This document shows, one piece after another, positions 12,623 through 26,327 of a stretch of DNA of 55,420 bases (its first letter is position 1; each line of letters opens with the position of its first letter). Under the pieces are notes generated by a model. That model was not told the origin of the DNA. It ran no database searches and was given only the letters and a program-made list of their open reading frames with translations. The translations under genes and the position numbers were made by a program. Source of the DNA: Octopus bimaculoides (Eukaryota); contig NC_068990.1 in the NCBI RefSeq assembly GCF_001194135.2, positions 34,858,001-34,913,420 of the forward strand, given 5' to 3'.

Positions 12623-12980
12623 ATTACTATTGGTATTTTTTTACTATTTTACATTTTTCTTCATTTCTTTCGTTCCTATGTTTTTCATTATTTTTCATAT
12701 TTCAACCTCGCTCGATAGTTTAGTCATTCACATAATTACATCTTACTCTTCCTCCTCCATCTCAACATCATCATTATCAGCAACAGCAGCAGCAGCAACG
12801 ACATCATAAGTGTCATTACCTCTCCATTAATTTTCGTTGTAGTTGTTGTTGTCACCATTATTATCATCGTCATCGTAGTCATCGTCGACGTCGTCATCGT
12901 CATCATCCACATCATATCATTCTTTTCTTCGTCTTCTTCATCTTCTCTTTCTTCCTCTACTTCATCCTCTTCTCCCTTCT
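12557..12980. repeat. (TTC)n followed by mixed CAT/GCA/GTT/GTC/CTT trinucleotide tracts
   Basis: Directly visible; source of the poly-F, poly-E and poly-T ORFs. Confidence 0.9.
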
Positions 12981-13917
12981 TGGAAGTCTTTTCCCATCTT
13001 TTACATCCGTTACTCCTCCATCCGCTGACCAGGTTTCTTTTCATACATAGTCGACGAGATGAACAAACGTCGATGTTTGTGCTGTGAGCGGAAGTAAGAA
13101 GGATCGCCTCCATTGATGTTGTTGTACTGACGTCACTTAAGACCGAGGGATATACTTACTACCATTACGTGTAGGTGGGGAAAGGAAAACAGTATTTGCA
13201 TGCACCTGTATGTATGTATGTATGTATGTATGTATGTATGTATGTATGTATGTATGCCTGCATGTATGTGTGTGTGTGAGTATGTATGTCTATGTGTATG
13301 TGTGTATTTGATGATGTATAATACAGCGAATTAATTTCTACCTCTGTATGTTTCATTTAAAGTGTAATTGCAAATATCTACCAGACTTGCGCTCTGTGAA
13401 TATAGATCTAGAAAATATCCGTTAACAGCGACATGATGACAACCTAGAATCTGTCACTAACATAATGTGATAATCATTACACCTGCCAAGAAGATATGCC
13501 ATCTCTTCCATTGCGAACAATTAAATCTCTCAAAACTATTACAACCGCAAGCCAGCTTCACACTCTTTATGTGGCAGCGACCGCACGTAACATTTACTGC
13601 CGAAACTGCATTGCAAAGTTTAAAAGCTTTCTTTACATTTAGGAACTACCTCATCTGTGATCCCTAAATAACCAATCACAAAGCTCTACAAAGGATTACT
13701 GCTCCCATAAACCATCAAACAATGCTGTCGCTACAGACACACGCATTAATGGAAAGGTTATCAAGTACACAACAAATGATTGAGTAAACAATACAAATGC
13801 GCTGTCTCTTTTCTCTATCTGTTGTATCACCATTACAGTAGCCTCTATATATCAATCCTCACGCCTTTCTCACTTATTACGTCTTTATGTACGTTTTTCT
13901 GCCACCATTTTATCTCT

Positions 13918-14165
13918 GCAGGCATCACTGTGTGGTAAAGAGCTTGCTTCCCAACCGCATGGTCCTGGGTTCTATCCCACTTGATAATACCTTGAGCAAA
14001 TGTCTTCTAATATACCCAAGTGCCGACCAAGGCCTTGCGAATGGATTTGATAGACAGAAACTAAAAGAAGCCCGTCGTATAGATGTGTGTGTGTGTGTCT
14101 TTCTGTATGAGTTTGTACCACCATCCCCACTGCCTTACAACCGGTGTGTATTTCTGCATCCCTGT
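13918..14165 (+). mobile_element. SINE family A, 3'-truncated
   Basis: gcaggcatcactgtgtggtaaagagcttgcttcccaaccgcatggtcctgggttctatccc..ccttgagcaaatgtcttc..ggatttgatagacagaaactaaaagaagcccgtcg, then (TG)n. Confidence 0.85.
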
Positions 14166-14654
14166 TCCTGTTGTTACATTAACGTATAAATATTTTCGTA
14201 TATGCATAGGTATATTCATACACAAACTTATGCCTATATCACAAAGGTCGGTTATATAAACGGCAGTGTTTCTACAAATACACGAGAACGAACAGAGTGA
14301 ACGCGTAAACATTGTTCGCAGAGTGCAGAGAAATGATACAAATATTATAAACAAGTAAAATGAAGGGATTACAGCCAATACAAGGTTAGATGTTGGATTA
14401 GTTAAGCGCACACAGATTCTAATTAAACACTGATCGATCATGTTTAATTGTAACTAGCTATGGTTTTTCATAATTAGTATGAATCATTAAGAGAAATGTG
14501 TAACTGGCATAATTACCCCATCTAATTATATATATTCATTGAATCGTGGACAATACTTCAGCAGATGACGTCAAATTAGGAGAGATGAAGGAATAAAGAC
14601 AGTAGAGAGGAGGAGAGGAAACAACGGCAATAAAATGTGATGAAAGTGTAGTTT

Positions 14655-14785
14655 GAAGGCGGAGGTGGTGGTGGTGGTGGGGGGGGGCGATATTTGTTTT
14701 AATATGACGATGGCAACGATGATGACGAATAATAATAATAATGATGATGATGATGATGTTGATGATGATGATGATGATGATGATG

Positions 14786-14819
<34 letters not shown>

Positions 14820-15325
14820 TAACAATAATAATAATAATAATAATAATAAGAAGAAGNNNNNNNNNNNNNNNNNNNNNNNNNNNNNNNNNNNNNNNNNNNN
14901 NNNNNNNNNNNNNNNNNNNNNNNNNNNNNNNNNNNNNNNNNNNNNNNNNNNNNNNNNNNNNNNNNNNNNNNNNNNNNNNNNNNNNNNNNNNNNNNNNNNN
15001 NNNNNNNNNNNNNNNNNNNNNNNNNNNNNNNNNNNNNNNNNNNNNNNNNNNNNNNNNNNNNNNNNNNNNNNNNNNNNNNNNNNNNNNNNNNNNNNNNNNN
15101 NNNNNNNNNNNNNNNNNNNNNNNNNNNNNNNNNNNNNNNNNNNNNNNNNNNNNNNNNNNNNNNNNNNNNNNNNNNNNNNNNNNNNNNNNNNNNNNNNNNN
15201 NNNNNNNNNNNNNNNNNNNNNNNNNNNNNNNNNNNNNNNNNNNNNNNNNNNNNNNNNNNNNNNNNNNNNNNNNNNNNNNNNNNNNNNNNNNNNNNNNNNT
15301 ATATATATATATATATATATATATA
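14655..15325. repeat. Mixed (GGT)/(GAT)/(AAT)n tracts, gap, (TA)n
   Basis: Directly visible. Confidence 0.9.
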
Positions 15326-15506
15326 TGCTGAAAAAGTTCCTGGCTTTGGGTAAAAGGAAACAAAGGAGAATAAGTTATCATTTTATTCGACATATTCTCA
15401 CAGATTCACAAACTTATTGCAATTTTTCTAAGAACACGGAAGGTTGGGCCTCCAGCCAGTCCTTTCGTGAGACATATAAAGGCTAACAACTTTCTGGACT
15501 CCCTCG
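15326..15506 (-). mobile_element. Short mariner-type MITE or relic
   Basis: The right end reads TA-CGAGGGAGTCCAGAAAGTTG on the minus strand (mariner-like TIR). The other end, tgctgaaaaagttcctggcttt, runs into (TA)n. Internal ttttattcgacatattctc..agattcacaaacttattgca is the antisense of a mariner 'KCV..GEYVE*'-type terminus. Confidence 0.6.
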
Positions 15507-15896
15507 TACTGTTTCTAAAGGTCTTGAGCTTCTGTTACTCGTAGAAGTTCTCTTACAGTTGGAATAGATATTTCTTCAATATTTATCAATCGGCTTGTCT
15601 ACAGAAATGTTTACGTGTAGATAAGGCTCCATAAAACTGGCGTACATAAATGCTACGCCTTCTACATCCTATGTTCTTATATCCATTGCTATTGATTTCG
15701 GAAAGATATTATCATACGCTACACTGCCGGACTGAATTGTTCTCATAATTTCTTTCAGATAAATATATTAGTTCTGTTACACTTGAATTCGATGTAAGTT
15801 TTAATTGGAATATTCCACAAATAGTCACATTCTAGAACAGTTTCTGACTATGTGCATAATTGTACAGAAGCCTGTATCTACGCATGTGTATAGGTA

Positions 15897-15958
15897 TACA
15901 CACACACACACACGCACACACACATACACACACACACACACAAACACATACACACGCA

Positions 15959-15996
<38 letters not shown>

Positions 15997-16208
15997 CATA
16001 CATAAAATATACATATATTTATATATATATACATATGTATAGAGAGAGAGATGGATAGATAGATGCATAGATAGATACAGATATAGATAGAAAAATAGAT
16101 AAATAGATGATTATAGATATACTTAGAAGGTAAGGAGCTGTATGTAGATATATCTATGAATGCCAATATGCATTCCCATGTATGTATGTATGTATGTATG
16201 TATGTATG

Positions 16209-16261
<53 letters not shown>
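15897..16261. repeat. Compound (CA)/(TA)/(GATA)/(GTAT)/(CTAT) microsatellites
   Basis: Directly visible. Confidence 0.9.
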
Positions 16262-16262
<1 letters not shown>

Positions 16263-17377
16263 ATTATTGCCAACTACGAATAAGACTTCAAATTCCTAAT
16301 CATAGCACATCCATGTTATGAAGGTCACCAATTCCTAATCTACCGGTTACACACGACATATTATATATTAAAATCCTCGTTAAATGAGCTCCAGCACGTT
16401 ATTGAAATGAGGATAATTGGATGCGGTAACCATAACCCTAGACAGCAGTCTACTGGTGTATGCGATTTCAATTACTGAGAGTAATATAACGAATATATTA
16501 CGCTAAGAATATATTGTATAGGAACGAAATGGATGTTGCACTTTTACATAAGATAATTTCAGTTGAAATTTATGACATATGTTTTGGTATATTTTGTTTT
16601 TTCAATGCCACGTGAGATTTTTTTTACTTATTTCTGTTTATTTAGTTTTTCTAAGAAGGTTAACAGATATTCTAAAATTTTTAGGTATAGTGTCGGCGTG
16701 TAGAAGTTAGCAAGAAATATTCTGGATCTTATCTATTTTTAATGACTGTGACAATTTTATATACATATACAGAATCACAAAATGTCGTTCTTTATTCTAA
16801 TGTTCATATGGTAATATTGGGTTCCACAGATTTCTGTGTATAACGATGTTTTACCTATACATTGATCCAATAATGCAGAATGATTTTCGAGTAACGCTGT
16901 TTTATGACAGTTCAATCATCATGCTGAAGTCTAAGGAGAAAAATTATGGAGAAGGGCATATTCTATTAAATCAACACTATTTGATGTTTGATAAGTTTTG
17001 TACGTCCGAAAAGTCAAAGGATTTTTAAATAGTTGGAATTACAACGCAGAACATAGGAACTTAGCTTGTACTTTCAATCAAAACGATGAAGTGTAAAAAT
17101 TTAGCCATTGCGTCATTTGAGCAAAAAATAAAGAAATATGTAAATACTGAAATATATTCACCTCTCTTATAATGATTTCATGTATATGCACAATGATTTG
17201 TATTTTGTGATGTGCGAACAATTAGACGAGCCTCGGTATCTCGTTGTTACAATATTACTAATTCTGAACTCAGAAAGTTAAAATTAACGTGGGTGGAACT
17301 TGGTTTATGATAGAGAAGGTTTCTAACGAAATATTAGTTGACATTTTCTCCGACTCTCTACCAAATCTGCTAGTTTT

Positions 17378-17432
<55 letters not shown>

Positions 17433-19573
17433 TATGATACTAATATCACTGTTTAACAGATTCTCATCTTTGTAAAAAATTTTTTTCCTTTCCTGGAAAC
17501 AAATATATTAAACAACAAATTAAGGTCTACGTTGGAAACTAAACAGTTAATAGAAAGTGTAAAAAAAGATACTCAAATTTAGCTTTATTTAAGCGATGAA
17601 TCCGGATTCTAGTGTCTGTGTGCGTGTTTGTGTGTTTGTGTGTTTGTGTGTGCGTGCGTGCGTGTTTGTGTTTGTGTGTGTGTGCTTGTGTGTGTGTGCG
17701 TGTGTGTGTGCGTGTGTGGTTTATAAGAAAATACATTTCTTTATCTCACTTCCAAATCGTTTTGCAGACAGACAAATCAAGAGATAATCTTACGGTAAAA
17801 AAATTCTTTCGGTGTGTATTTTTTTCTTTTTTTAATTGTAAGGTAGTAGCACCATTAGTCTTCACAGTAATTAGTTATATTAAAAACAATTTTAGGAAAG
17901 TATCAAAGTTTTATTGTTTCCGAAGGCGCTAAAGCAACTCTTCGATAAATTGTTATTGCTATACACAAGACAATTCTTTGTAAAATCTCAGTTAGTAAAC
18001 AAATTTAAAGCTACTACGCTTTCTTCGAAAGCATCAGCAAATGCTCAAAGACACTGCAGACGACTTTTAATTTCATATTGACTCTGCTTGTAGCGTTTCT
18101 GCCTAAGTCAATGGTAGATAAGTTGAGTAGGTTAACAGTGAGCTTCTTTCATTGTATGTTAATTTAACAGTCCCTGACGATATTTATTCTGTTGACTTAA
18201 AGAAAATCGGAGCAAAATTTCTTGCCATTGAATATAAACCAAAATGCAATAAAAATCAATACGATATATCAATGAGAAAGGAGAGCAACAGGTGGAGGTG
18301 GAGCAGTAAAGTGAAGTTGATGAAAAGTTGGAGTAAGTGAAGAGATTAGTCTGAAGGCTAAGCATATGGGTGCGCTTGTAAAATATTCACAGCAATAAGA
18401 TTCTCTTTATTCACTAGTAAACAATCTGTTAATTCCAGATACAGATTTTGGGATTTGTCCATTATCCTAACCAAACCCAAAATTAAAGACCTTAAATTAA
18501 CAAAAAAAAAAAAAACAAAAAAAAAACAATTCAGTTTTCAATGGATATAGTACACAGCTCAATATTGCAGCAATTTCTTTTTAACTTTTTACGAATAGTA
18601 TACAACAAAAACTTGTAGATGGTAAGAGGAAAATGAATGAAAAATTCTCAAGAAATAAGCAAATAAATAGATAGATATTTTAAAAAAAGCAAAAAGAAAA
18701 GTGAATAATTTAAAATTCCCATAAACATCTGTCACATTATTTTCTAGAGGAGCATGCATTTCTATAAGTTCTTGGATATGAAAGCATTTATTTCCTTGAG
18801 ATTCGTATAGTTAGAGAAACCACACACTACATATGAATCTATACATCACACATGCAAATACACTCGCTTGCTCGCAAAAACTTATCCTTGTACTGAAAGA
18901 TGGCAAATAATAGAATCACTTGTATTTTTATGTCGTTCCATCTACCTTCAATACAAAGAAAGATGGTAAGAATTCTTACCCCACAGTGATTGTTGCTGAA
19001 GTTGCCTTTTGTTATTCTTCAAAATTTCCTTCAAGCATTAACCTAGTTTTATTCGCATTAATGGTAAAGGACTCGAAAGTTTAAAGTCAGCAGTAATCTA
19101 TACAATACTTAACTCATTCAATACAGCTGCTTCTGCTGCTGCTACTACTGCTACTATTACTGCATACATGGAAAAGCAGTGTTATTGACAAAGCATTGCT
19201 GACTTCTGAGAATTCCGTTAATGTTTGTTTACGACAACTAGAAAGATCAATACACATAATGTATATATGCATGTATGTATACATGTATGTTCGTATGTAT
19301 GTACATATATGTCTTTGTGTGTGTATGTGTGTATGTGTATAATATATGAGAGAAAGTGAGAAAGAGAGAGAGAGAGAGTGAGGATTTTGTGCTCCACAAT
19401 CCGGAGAAACAGAACTCAATACATGAAACAAAATACATAAATATATAAATTAACTGTGAAGTCTATGGTCTGCATCTAGACACAGAACTCTTCGCCCTAG
19501 GATCCAGTTTTAGAGCTTTAGAGTTGATAGCTATAATACAATATAGTATATTGTGTCTATGTGTGTGTATATA

Positions 19574-19965
19574 TACTCTCTCTCTTTTACTCTTTTACTT
19601 GTTTCAGTCATTTGACTGCGGCCATGCTGGGGTACCGCCTTTAGTCGACCAAATCGACCCCAGGACTTATTCCTTGTAAGCCTAATACTTATTCTATCGG
19701 CCTCTTTTTGTCGAACCGCATCGGTTGTCAAGCGAAGTTGGAGGGACAAACACAGACATACAAACATATACACACACACATACTTATATATATATATATA
19801 TACATATATAGGACGGGCTTCTTTCAGTTTCCGTCTACCAAATCCACTTTGGTCGGCCCGATGCTATAGTAGAAGACACTTGCCCAAGGTGCCACGCAGT
19901 GGGACTGAACCCAGAACCATGTGGCTGGTAAGCAAGCTACTTACCACACAGCCATTCCTGCGCCT
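19574..19965 (-). mobile_element. Full-length SINE family A
   Basis: Minus-strand head aggcgcaggaaTGGCTGTGTGGTaag..GGTTCAGTCCCactgcgtggcaccttgggcaagtgtcttc, internal TA/TG tract, and tail ..ccagcatggccgcagtcaaatgactgaaacaagtaaaagagtaaaaga. Confidence 0.92.
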
Positions 19966-20081
19966 ATATACGTACATACATACATAAAAACGCACAAACA
20001 CGCACACACACACATACATATGTATACATATGTATACACGTGTGTGTGTGTTTGCAGTATTTATAAGAATTCGTCTAATAT

Positions 20082-20268
20082 GGCGAGCTGGGAGAATAGT
20101 TAGCACGTCAGACAACATGCTCAGCGACATTTCTTTTCTCTTTATGTTTTGAGTTCAACCACCACCGAGGACAACTTAGTGTTTCATCCCTTCATGTACA
20201 ATAGATTGCATGTACTACGGTACATGTAATCGTCTTCTCTCCTCCTGGGAAATTGCTAGACTTGAACC
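20082..20268 (+). mobile_element. SINE family C, diverged
   Basis: ggcgagctgggagaatagttagcacg..gagttcaacc..ccgaggacaactt..tttcatccct..tgtaatcg..aaattgct. A tRNA-like head is present. Confidence 0.65.
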
Positions 20269-20607
20269 CTGCAACGGACATACATTCCGGTTCAGTAGGT
20301 ATGTTGTGATCTCGATCAATTTATAAACCATGGAAATCGAGATTTCGGCCTTATGAATCCTAATTTTCGGGGAGAATAAATCTACCTATCTTTCTATCTA
20401 ACACCGTGTGTGTTTCTATCGTATGTGAGAGGTATAGTGAGAGGGTATTTGCCTATTTTGAAAGGTTTTCTTTTAGAAGATCACTTCTTTTAGCAAGACG
20501 CTATTGTTTCTAATTTAAAACATTCCTTACACATCATATGTTTCTCCAGCATAATTTCAACCTGATTACAATACTTAAGACGCAAGATGTGTGTATATAT
20601 CTATCTA

Positions 20608-20641
<34 letters not shown>

Positions 20642-21186
20642 AACATTTTTATAGCTATTGAACACTCACATTTCATCTTCGACATCAACAGAGAACAATT
20701 CTCTTTGAAACATCAAAGATATTTTTATTTTTATGACTGAAGCCATTCTAAAATTTATTCCCTTTCCCTTTCATATTATTTATATCTCAGTATAAGAACA
20801 TGTAGAAATATATTACTTATAACGTTAAATATATTTATGGATTTTAATGTATATTTTATTCAGAAACCCATAAACCCATTCAATTGTCATTCATTAACAG
20901 ATATTTTTCAATCCTTAATACGTTTCTATGTAATATATCACATCACAATTCTCAATTACAATTCTTATCTTACTAAAACTGGTTATTTTTCAAAAATACC
21001 AGATTATATAATCTATTAAGATAAGCATTAATCATGTACAGATATAAGGAAATTTCTATTATTATAATATCGATAAAAGCATCTAACATTGAATATATTC
21101 GTTATTAATGTATAATAGCCAACCATTTGCTTACCCACACATACACATATAGACACTAAAACACTCACACGCTCACATACGTAGTA

Positions 21187-21259
<73 letters not shown>

Positions 21260-21804
21260 GTATATATATATGCATATGTATGTATATATAGATGTATGTA
21301 TAAATATATATATATATGTACACCTATAAATATACATATATACATATATATATATATGTGTGTGGATGTGCTTTCACGTGTGAGTATTTGTATATTGTGT
21401 GTTCATATATATACGCCAACACAAATTAAAACATATCCCAGGGAGTAGCATATATGATCAAATATTTCCTTCTATACTGACTCGATCTTTCATTAGTTGC
21501 TGAGAGGATATTTTTTAACTAAATTTATAAGGAATCGAACCTTGTTAGTTTTCGATCATATTGTCTTTTATTTTAAGTAACGTGTTAATATCATTATATC
21601 CAAACAGACTTTTCTCCTGAGAGAACTAACATACACATGTCTTCAGATCTCAGCCATGAAATTATATCATTCAATAAGGTTGTCTTAGATATCCTACGTA
21701 TCAATGAAATGAATGATAGCTACAGGTGGAATGATTTTGAATATGTTTTGAATTCTGGGCTGTTTAAAAAAGTTTTTTCTATTTTTGGTTACAACTGTTT
21801 GAGC

Positions 21805-22330
21805 GGCACCAACCAACTTAAAGACGACAAGCGCCGGTCTCTTGCCTAACACCTTGGCCATAGTCTTATAATCTACATCCAGCAGAGTTATGGGCCTCAA
21901 ATTAACAATTTCGCCCCCCCCCCCTTGTTCGGGTGCTTCCTTAACAATACCACCACTCCACAGCTCACAGCACTGGGAATTCTCGCGTTCTGCTGCCATT
22001 TGTGATAGATGTCTGCCAAGGAACCACCGAACAAGTGGCATATGAAGATAAAGCTCAAAGGGCAGACCATTCCGCCTCGGAGACTCCTCTCTTACGCAGG
22101 CTTTCATCGCGTCCCGTATTATATCTTCGGCTGTTATAGGCATTTCTCAGAATTCCGCATCCGTGGGTGAGAGGCACGGCATGACACTGAAATAGGAGGT
22201 GACTTCCACCACCGTCACAAAACCACCGCGCGCTGTATACACTTCGGCGAAGAACCACTGAGATTCTGCACACATCTGGTAGATGCCTTTGGTAGAAAGG
22301 GTAAGGTGCCGTATAATACCATTCCATGTG
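21805..22330 (-). mobile_element. L1/Tx1-clade LINE ORF2 fragment (linker and start of RT)
   Basis: ..MPCLSPTDAEF*EMPITAEDIIRDAMKAC..ESPRRNGLPFELY..NLRPITLLDVDYKTMAKVLGKRPALVVFKLVGAAQT matches 'KSPG.DGLP.E.Y..N.RPITLLN.DYKILAKVL..RL..V...LVG..QT'. Confidence 0.88.
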
Positions 22331-22774
22331 CCTACGTCTTATTCTGTTATTGGTTCAAATAGCTATCTAGTCGACTTTATTTTTTACACTTCCCTGGTAT
22401 TGTTATTGACATTATTAATAAATTCCACGATTTTTAGTCACCCACGATTAAGCCCACTTATGTTTAAAAATTTAGGTGTTGTTCCTACTTCGTATATCAT
22501 TCTTCCATCGTTACCGGCGGTGAAACGTTTTAATTTTTTTTTATCATCTGCATGACCTACACTTTAAATTATAATGTAAATGGCAGAGTATTCCACAGAA
22601 ACTTGAACGTATAAAGTAAATTTTAATCCGAATTAGTATGATACATTGTGATAAAGATGGCCCACAAAAATGCAGTTATAAGTCATCCGACGATTTTTGT
22701 CTACTCAGTTTTGGATATATGGCTTAAAACAACCCAAGAGTATTGGTAAATTATTCTTGCCTCAGATGCGTTAA

Positions 22775-22850
22775 TAGTTTGATCGGATCCAAGATCTTAT
22801 GTTTGCCAAGTAGAATCCTTAACCACTTGGCCTATGGCTATATTAGCCAA
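22775..22850 (-). mobile_element. tRNA-like SINE head fragment
   Basis: Minus strand ataggccaagtggttaagg..ggatccgatc gives degenerate A and B boxes. Confidence 0.4.
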
Positions 22851-23929
22851 AGGATTATTCATTTTCGAAGAGAACTGAATTGTATTCAAGATTAAGTTCG
22901 TTTATTTAACAGTTAGATCGATCGGATAGACGATTTTTATTTAGCTGTGATATATTAGTCATATACTAAGGTCTGATTTAAACAACCACACCCACATACA
23001 TTCCAAATATTGATATGTGTCTGTGGCTGACCCAAGGTTATGATACGTCTTGTATCTTATTATTATCTCTCTTCCAATATTTTCTGGCTCATTTTTTATT
23101 TTTTGTTTTTTATTTTTCCATGTGCTTCTCTCTTTTCTCATGTTCTGTATTTAAGATATCTGGTTTGCTCATTTGAACATCTACAAATAAAATATATTTG
23201 TTTCACATGATTTAGATTTTTTTTTCCTTTGTTGTAAAAAAAAACGAAACTTTTTTCTTTTAAACTTCTGAATATTTTACAAGACATTACAGGTCACCTA
23301 CGTCGGAAAATATTGGCCTTTAATTTGCATATTCTAAGAACATCAGAAAAACAGTCATGTCCGAGGATTGATTTAAGAAAATTAAATTCCATTAACACTT
23401 TGATGAAATTAATGTGAATAAAATAAAATATATGAAGAAAAAAAAAGCAGCCGAAAATAAAATTCCTTTGGGTACAAGAAGACCAGGGAGGAGAGCATCA
23501 ATAACTGAAATAGTAACACTAGTAATAAATAATGATAATTGAAATAAAACATTAATAACAAGAAGGTCAACTGTATGAGTCAACATGGGAACATTTATGG
23601 GCTCATATATCCTACTAGAAATAGAAAACTAATCCCCTCTCATAACATACACTAATTTCTTAAAAAGAAGGATCTATGGACAGGAATTCGATGATCTATT
23701 GATTAAGAGAAACATGCGTAAGAAAATCAAATTCAGAATATACTATATCTTGTTATATTACTACATTCTGTAGTTTAATCATTTATATCGACCTCAGTAG
23801 TAATTTTTTTTTCACTCTCTGTCGTACCACTAGAGCGTTAGACAATGTAAAGTAGTATTCTGGGTTTTAGACATGCGAAAATGCACACATAAGAATACAA
23901 ACACATAAACATACACATTCTTCAGCACA

Positions 23930-24590
23930 TTTTAACTTAGAAGCCTTTCATTCACACGCCATAGACATTGAAGTGTATCCTGACAAAACTGGTATATGGA
24001 GAAACCGTTTGTTTTTTTAAAATGAACGATGACATTATACTCGTGGTGTCAGGAATAATGTATTGTGGCTGCCAGTACACTGATTGAATGCGGGTGGTTA
24101 CCGGAGACTACTTTAGCTAGGGTAGATCCGTGGATGTAGCTCCATACCTATGAACACAAATCCACACCTGCCAACGTCGTACGTGGCTGGACGGACGATC
24201 TTTTGTAGATACTTGGGGTTCAGATTTGGGCCGAACATCTTGGTGGGTGGAAACTGTGACGAGGTTAATGTGTCGCTTTTCCCACAGTTCGTCATCCTTT
24301 TGACTGACTCGTAGACCTGGTCTAAACGAAGACTAAAACTGGCCACCTCGCATTTACAGTATTAGCAAACATTTGCAAGCTCTCCACCATTAATGGCACG
24401 TCAGTTCATGCAGTCTAGTGGCAGGCAAACCGGACAATGTTGTGAGAGACACACAAAAGTTCTATTGTTGTCTATTTTTATATGCTCACTGGTAGTTACG
24501 TGATTCTGCGTAAACGGCCCCACATACTACCCTGTAATCTCCCATCATCTGTCGGCTTCTGGAAAATTTTGTTCCTATAGTTAATATTAT
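23930..24590 (-). mobile_element. Possible highly decayed Gypsy-type gag/protease relic
   Basis: Locally GC-richer. Broken minus-strand frames give weak echoes (MGD.., LRRIT*L, WICVHRYGA, IPDTTS). No clean motif. Confidence 0.22.
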
Positions 24591-25476
24591 TTCTTGATAT
24601 ACTTTTTATTGATCTCCTGTTGTTATTTCGGTGTTCTAGTTGATTTTATATCATTGATGATAATGATGATGATGATGACCACGATGATTATTATCGTCAT
24701 AATCATCACCATCATTCTCTTCGTCTTCGAGACATGATAGCGATATTGATGACGATGATAATGATGCCGTCGATGACTTCGACGATGACGACGATGATAT
24801 TGCGGTTGTTATTGTTGCTAACTAACGCTAATGCTGTTTCTCTGAAAGCTAAAAAGAAGTAAAACATACCAATAAACGTCAAAGATTTTGATAAATTATG
24901 CATTTATATTTGAATAATTTTGTATCCAATGAAATTCATTTGAAGTAAATTTTCACGATTTTTTCCCTCCTTTTTCTAAATTTGTAAATTTTTTCTACAT
25001 TTAAAATATATGGAGGGTTTTTTGCGTGTATGTGTATGTATGAGGAGTATATGTACGTACGTGGTGTTTGTGAATATCTGTGCTGTATATGTGTATGTGA
25101 ATGTATGGCTGGGGTCGTTGTCTTAAGATTGTGTTGGTTTCCTTTTAATCTTTTTGTTGAAGAGATCTTTGAGAGGTTTTAAAGAAAATCAGCGGAATAA
25201 AGAAAACAAATGTGAAAATGTTGATTAGGTAATTTAAACCAAGATTTCGAAACGAAATGCTAATTTTATAGAAAGGTAGAAAAGAAAGAATTAAAGTAGA
25301 AAATAAAGGAGATATACTGAGAGTGACGGATAGAGAGCGTAAGGAAGAAAAACTGAAAGAAAATGAGAGCGATAAAAGGAAATCAACAAATATAGAGATT
25401 AGAAAGAAAGAATAGGAAACGAGAAAGATAAAAAGAAAAAAAAAAGAGACAGAGTAGTAAAGCTAACTAAGCTAAA

Positions 25477-25538
<62 letters not shown>

Positions 25539-26273
25539 NNNNNNNNNNNNNNNNNNNNNNNNNNNNNNNNNNNNNNNNNNNNNNNNNNNNNNNNNNNNNN
25601 NNNNNNNNNNNNNNNNNNNNNNNNNNNNNNNNNNNNNNNNNNNNNNNNNNNNNNNNNNNNNNNNNNNNNNNNNNNNNNNNNNNNNNNNNNNNNNNNNNNN
25701 NNNNNNNNNNNNNNNNNNNNNNNNNNNNNNNNNNNNNNNNNNNNNNNNNNNNNNNNNNNNNNNNNNNNNNNNNNNNNNNNNNNNNNNNNNNNNNNNNNNN
25801 NNNNNNNNNNAGAGAGAGAGAGAGAGAGAGAGAACAACTTCTCGGAGTAAGGAGAAAAAATTAATGTAATAAAGCTAAAAAGAGGAACGAAACATATAAA
25901 GAAGAACAAGATTGAAAGAATGAAAGAATAAAGAATGAAAGCAAAAAAGAAGTGAATAAATTTGGGAATAATGAAATAAATGATAGAAAAGTGGAAGGGT
26001 GAGGAGGGAATGAAAGTTATTGAAGAATTTAAGAAATGATTTATAGCTAAAACGAAGGAAAAATACGATCTGCAATGAATGAATTATCTCATTCATTGCA
26101 TGATTGAAAAACGTAATTTGATATTTTTGAATATATTTTTATAGATTTTTTTCAATGTGTAGTTTGTAGTATTTATTGTTTTATTTGTAGTTATTTTTGT
26201 TGCTTTTCACTCGTACAACTTTACATCCATACAAATGACCGGCAAGAGACATGATAAACTCCGTATTTGATAA

Positions 26274-26327
26274 GCGGCCGCCATCTTAAATGTGTAGCGG
26301 CTTGATATGATTTACAACCACGTGACC
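26274..26327. promoter_or_regulatory. YY1-like (CCGCCATCTT) and E-box/USF-like (CACGTGACC) motifs in a CpG-containing patch
   Basis: gcggccgccatctt at 26274-26287 and CACGTG at 26319-26324 sit within very AT-rich DNA. This is a motif match only. Confidence 0.25.

Noticed and set aside
18152-18340. Possible exon (ttaacag acceptor, PDDIYSVDLKKIGAKFLAIEY.., GT donor)
   Set aside because: The splice signals are weak, no homology was recognised, and no partner exons were found.
20660-20700. Minus-strand ctgttga..gaaatgt motif resembling the 45591 hammerhead
   Set aside because: Stem II is weak, position 17 is G, and stem I has only 2 bp.
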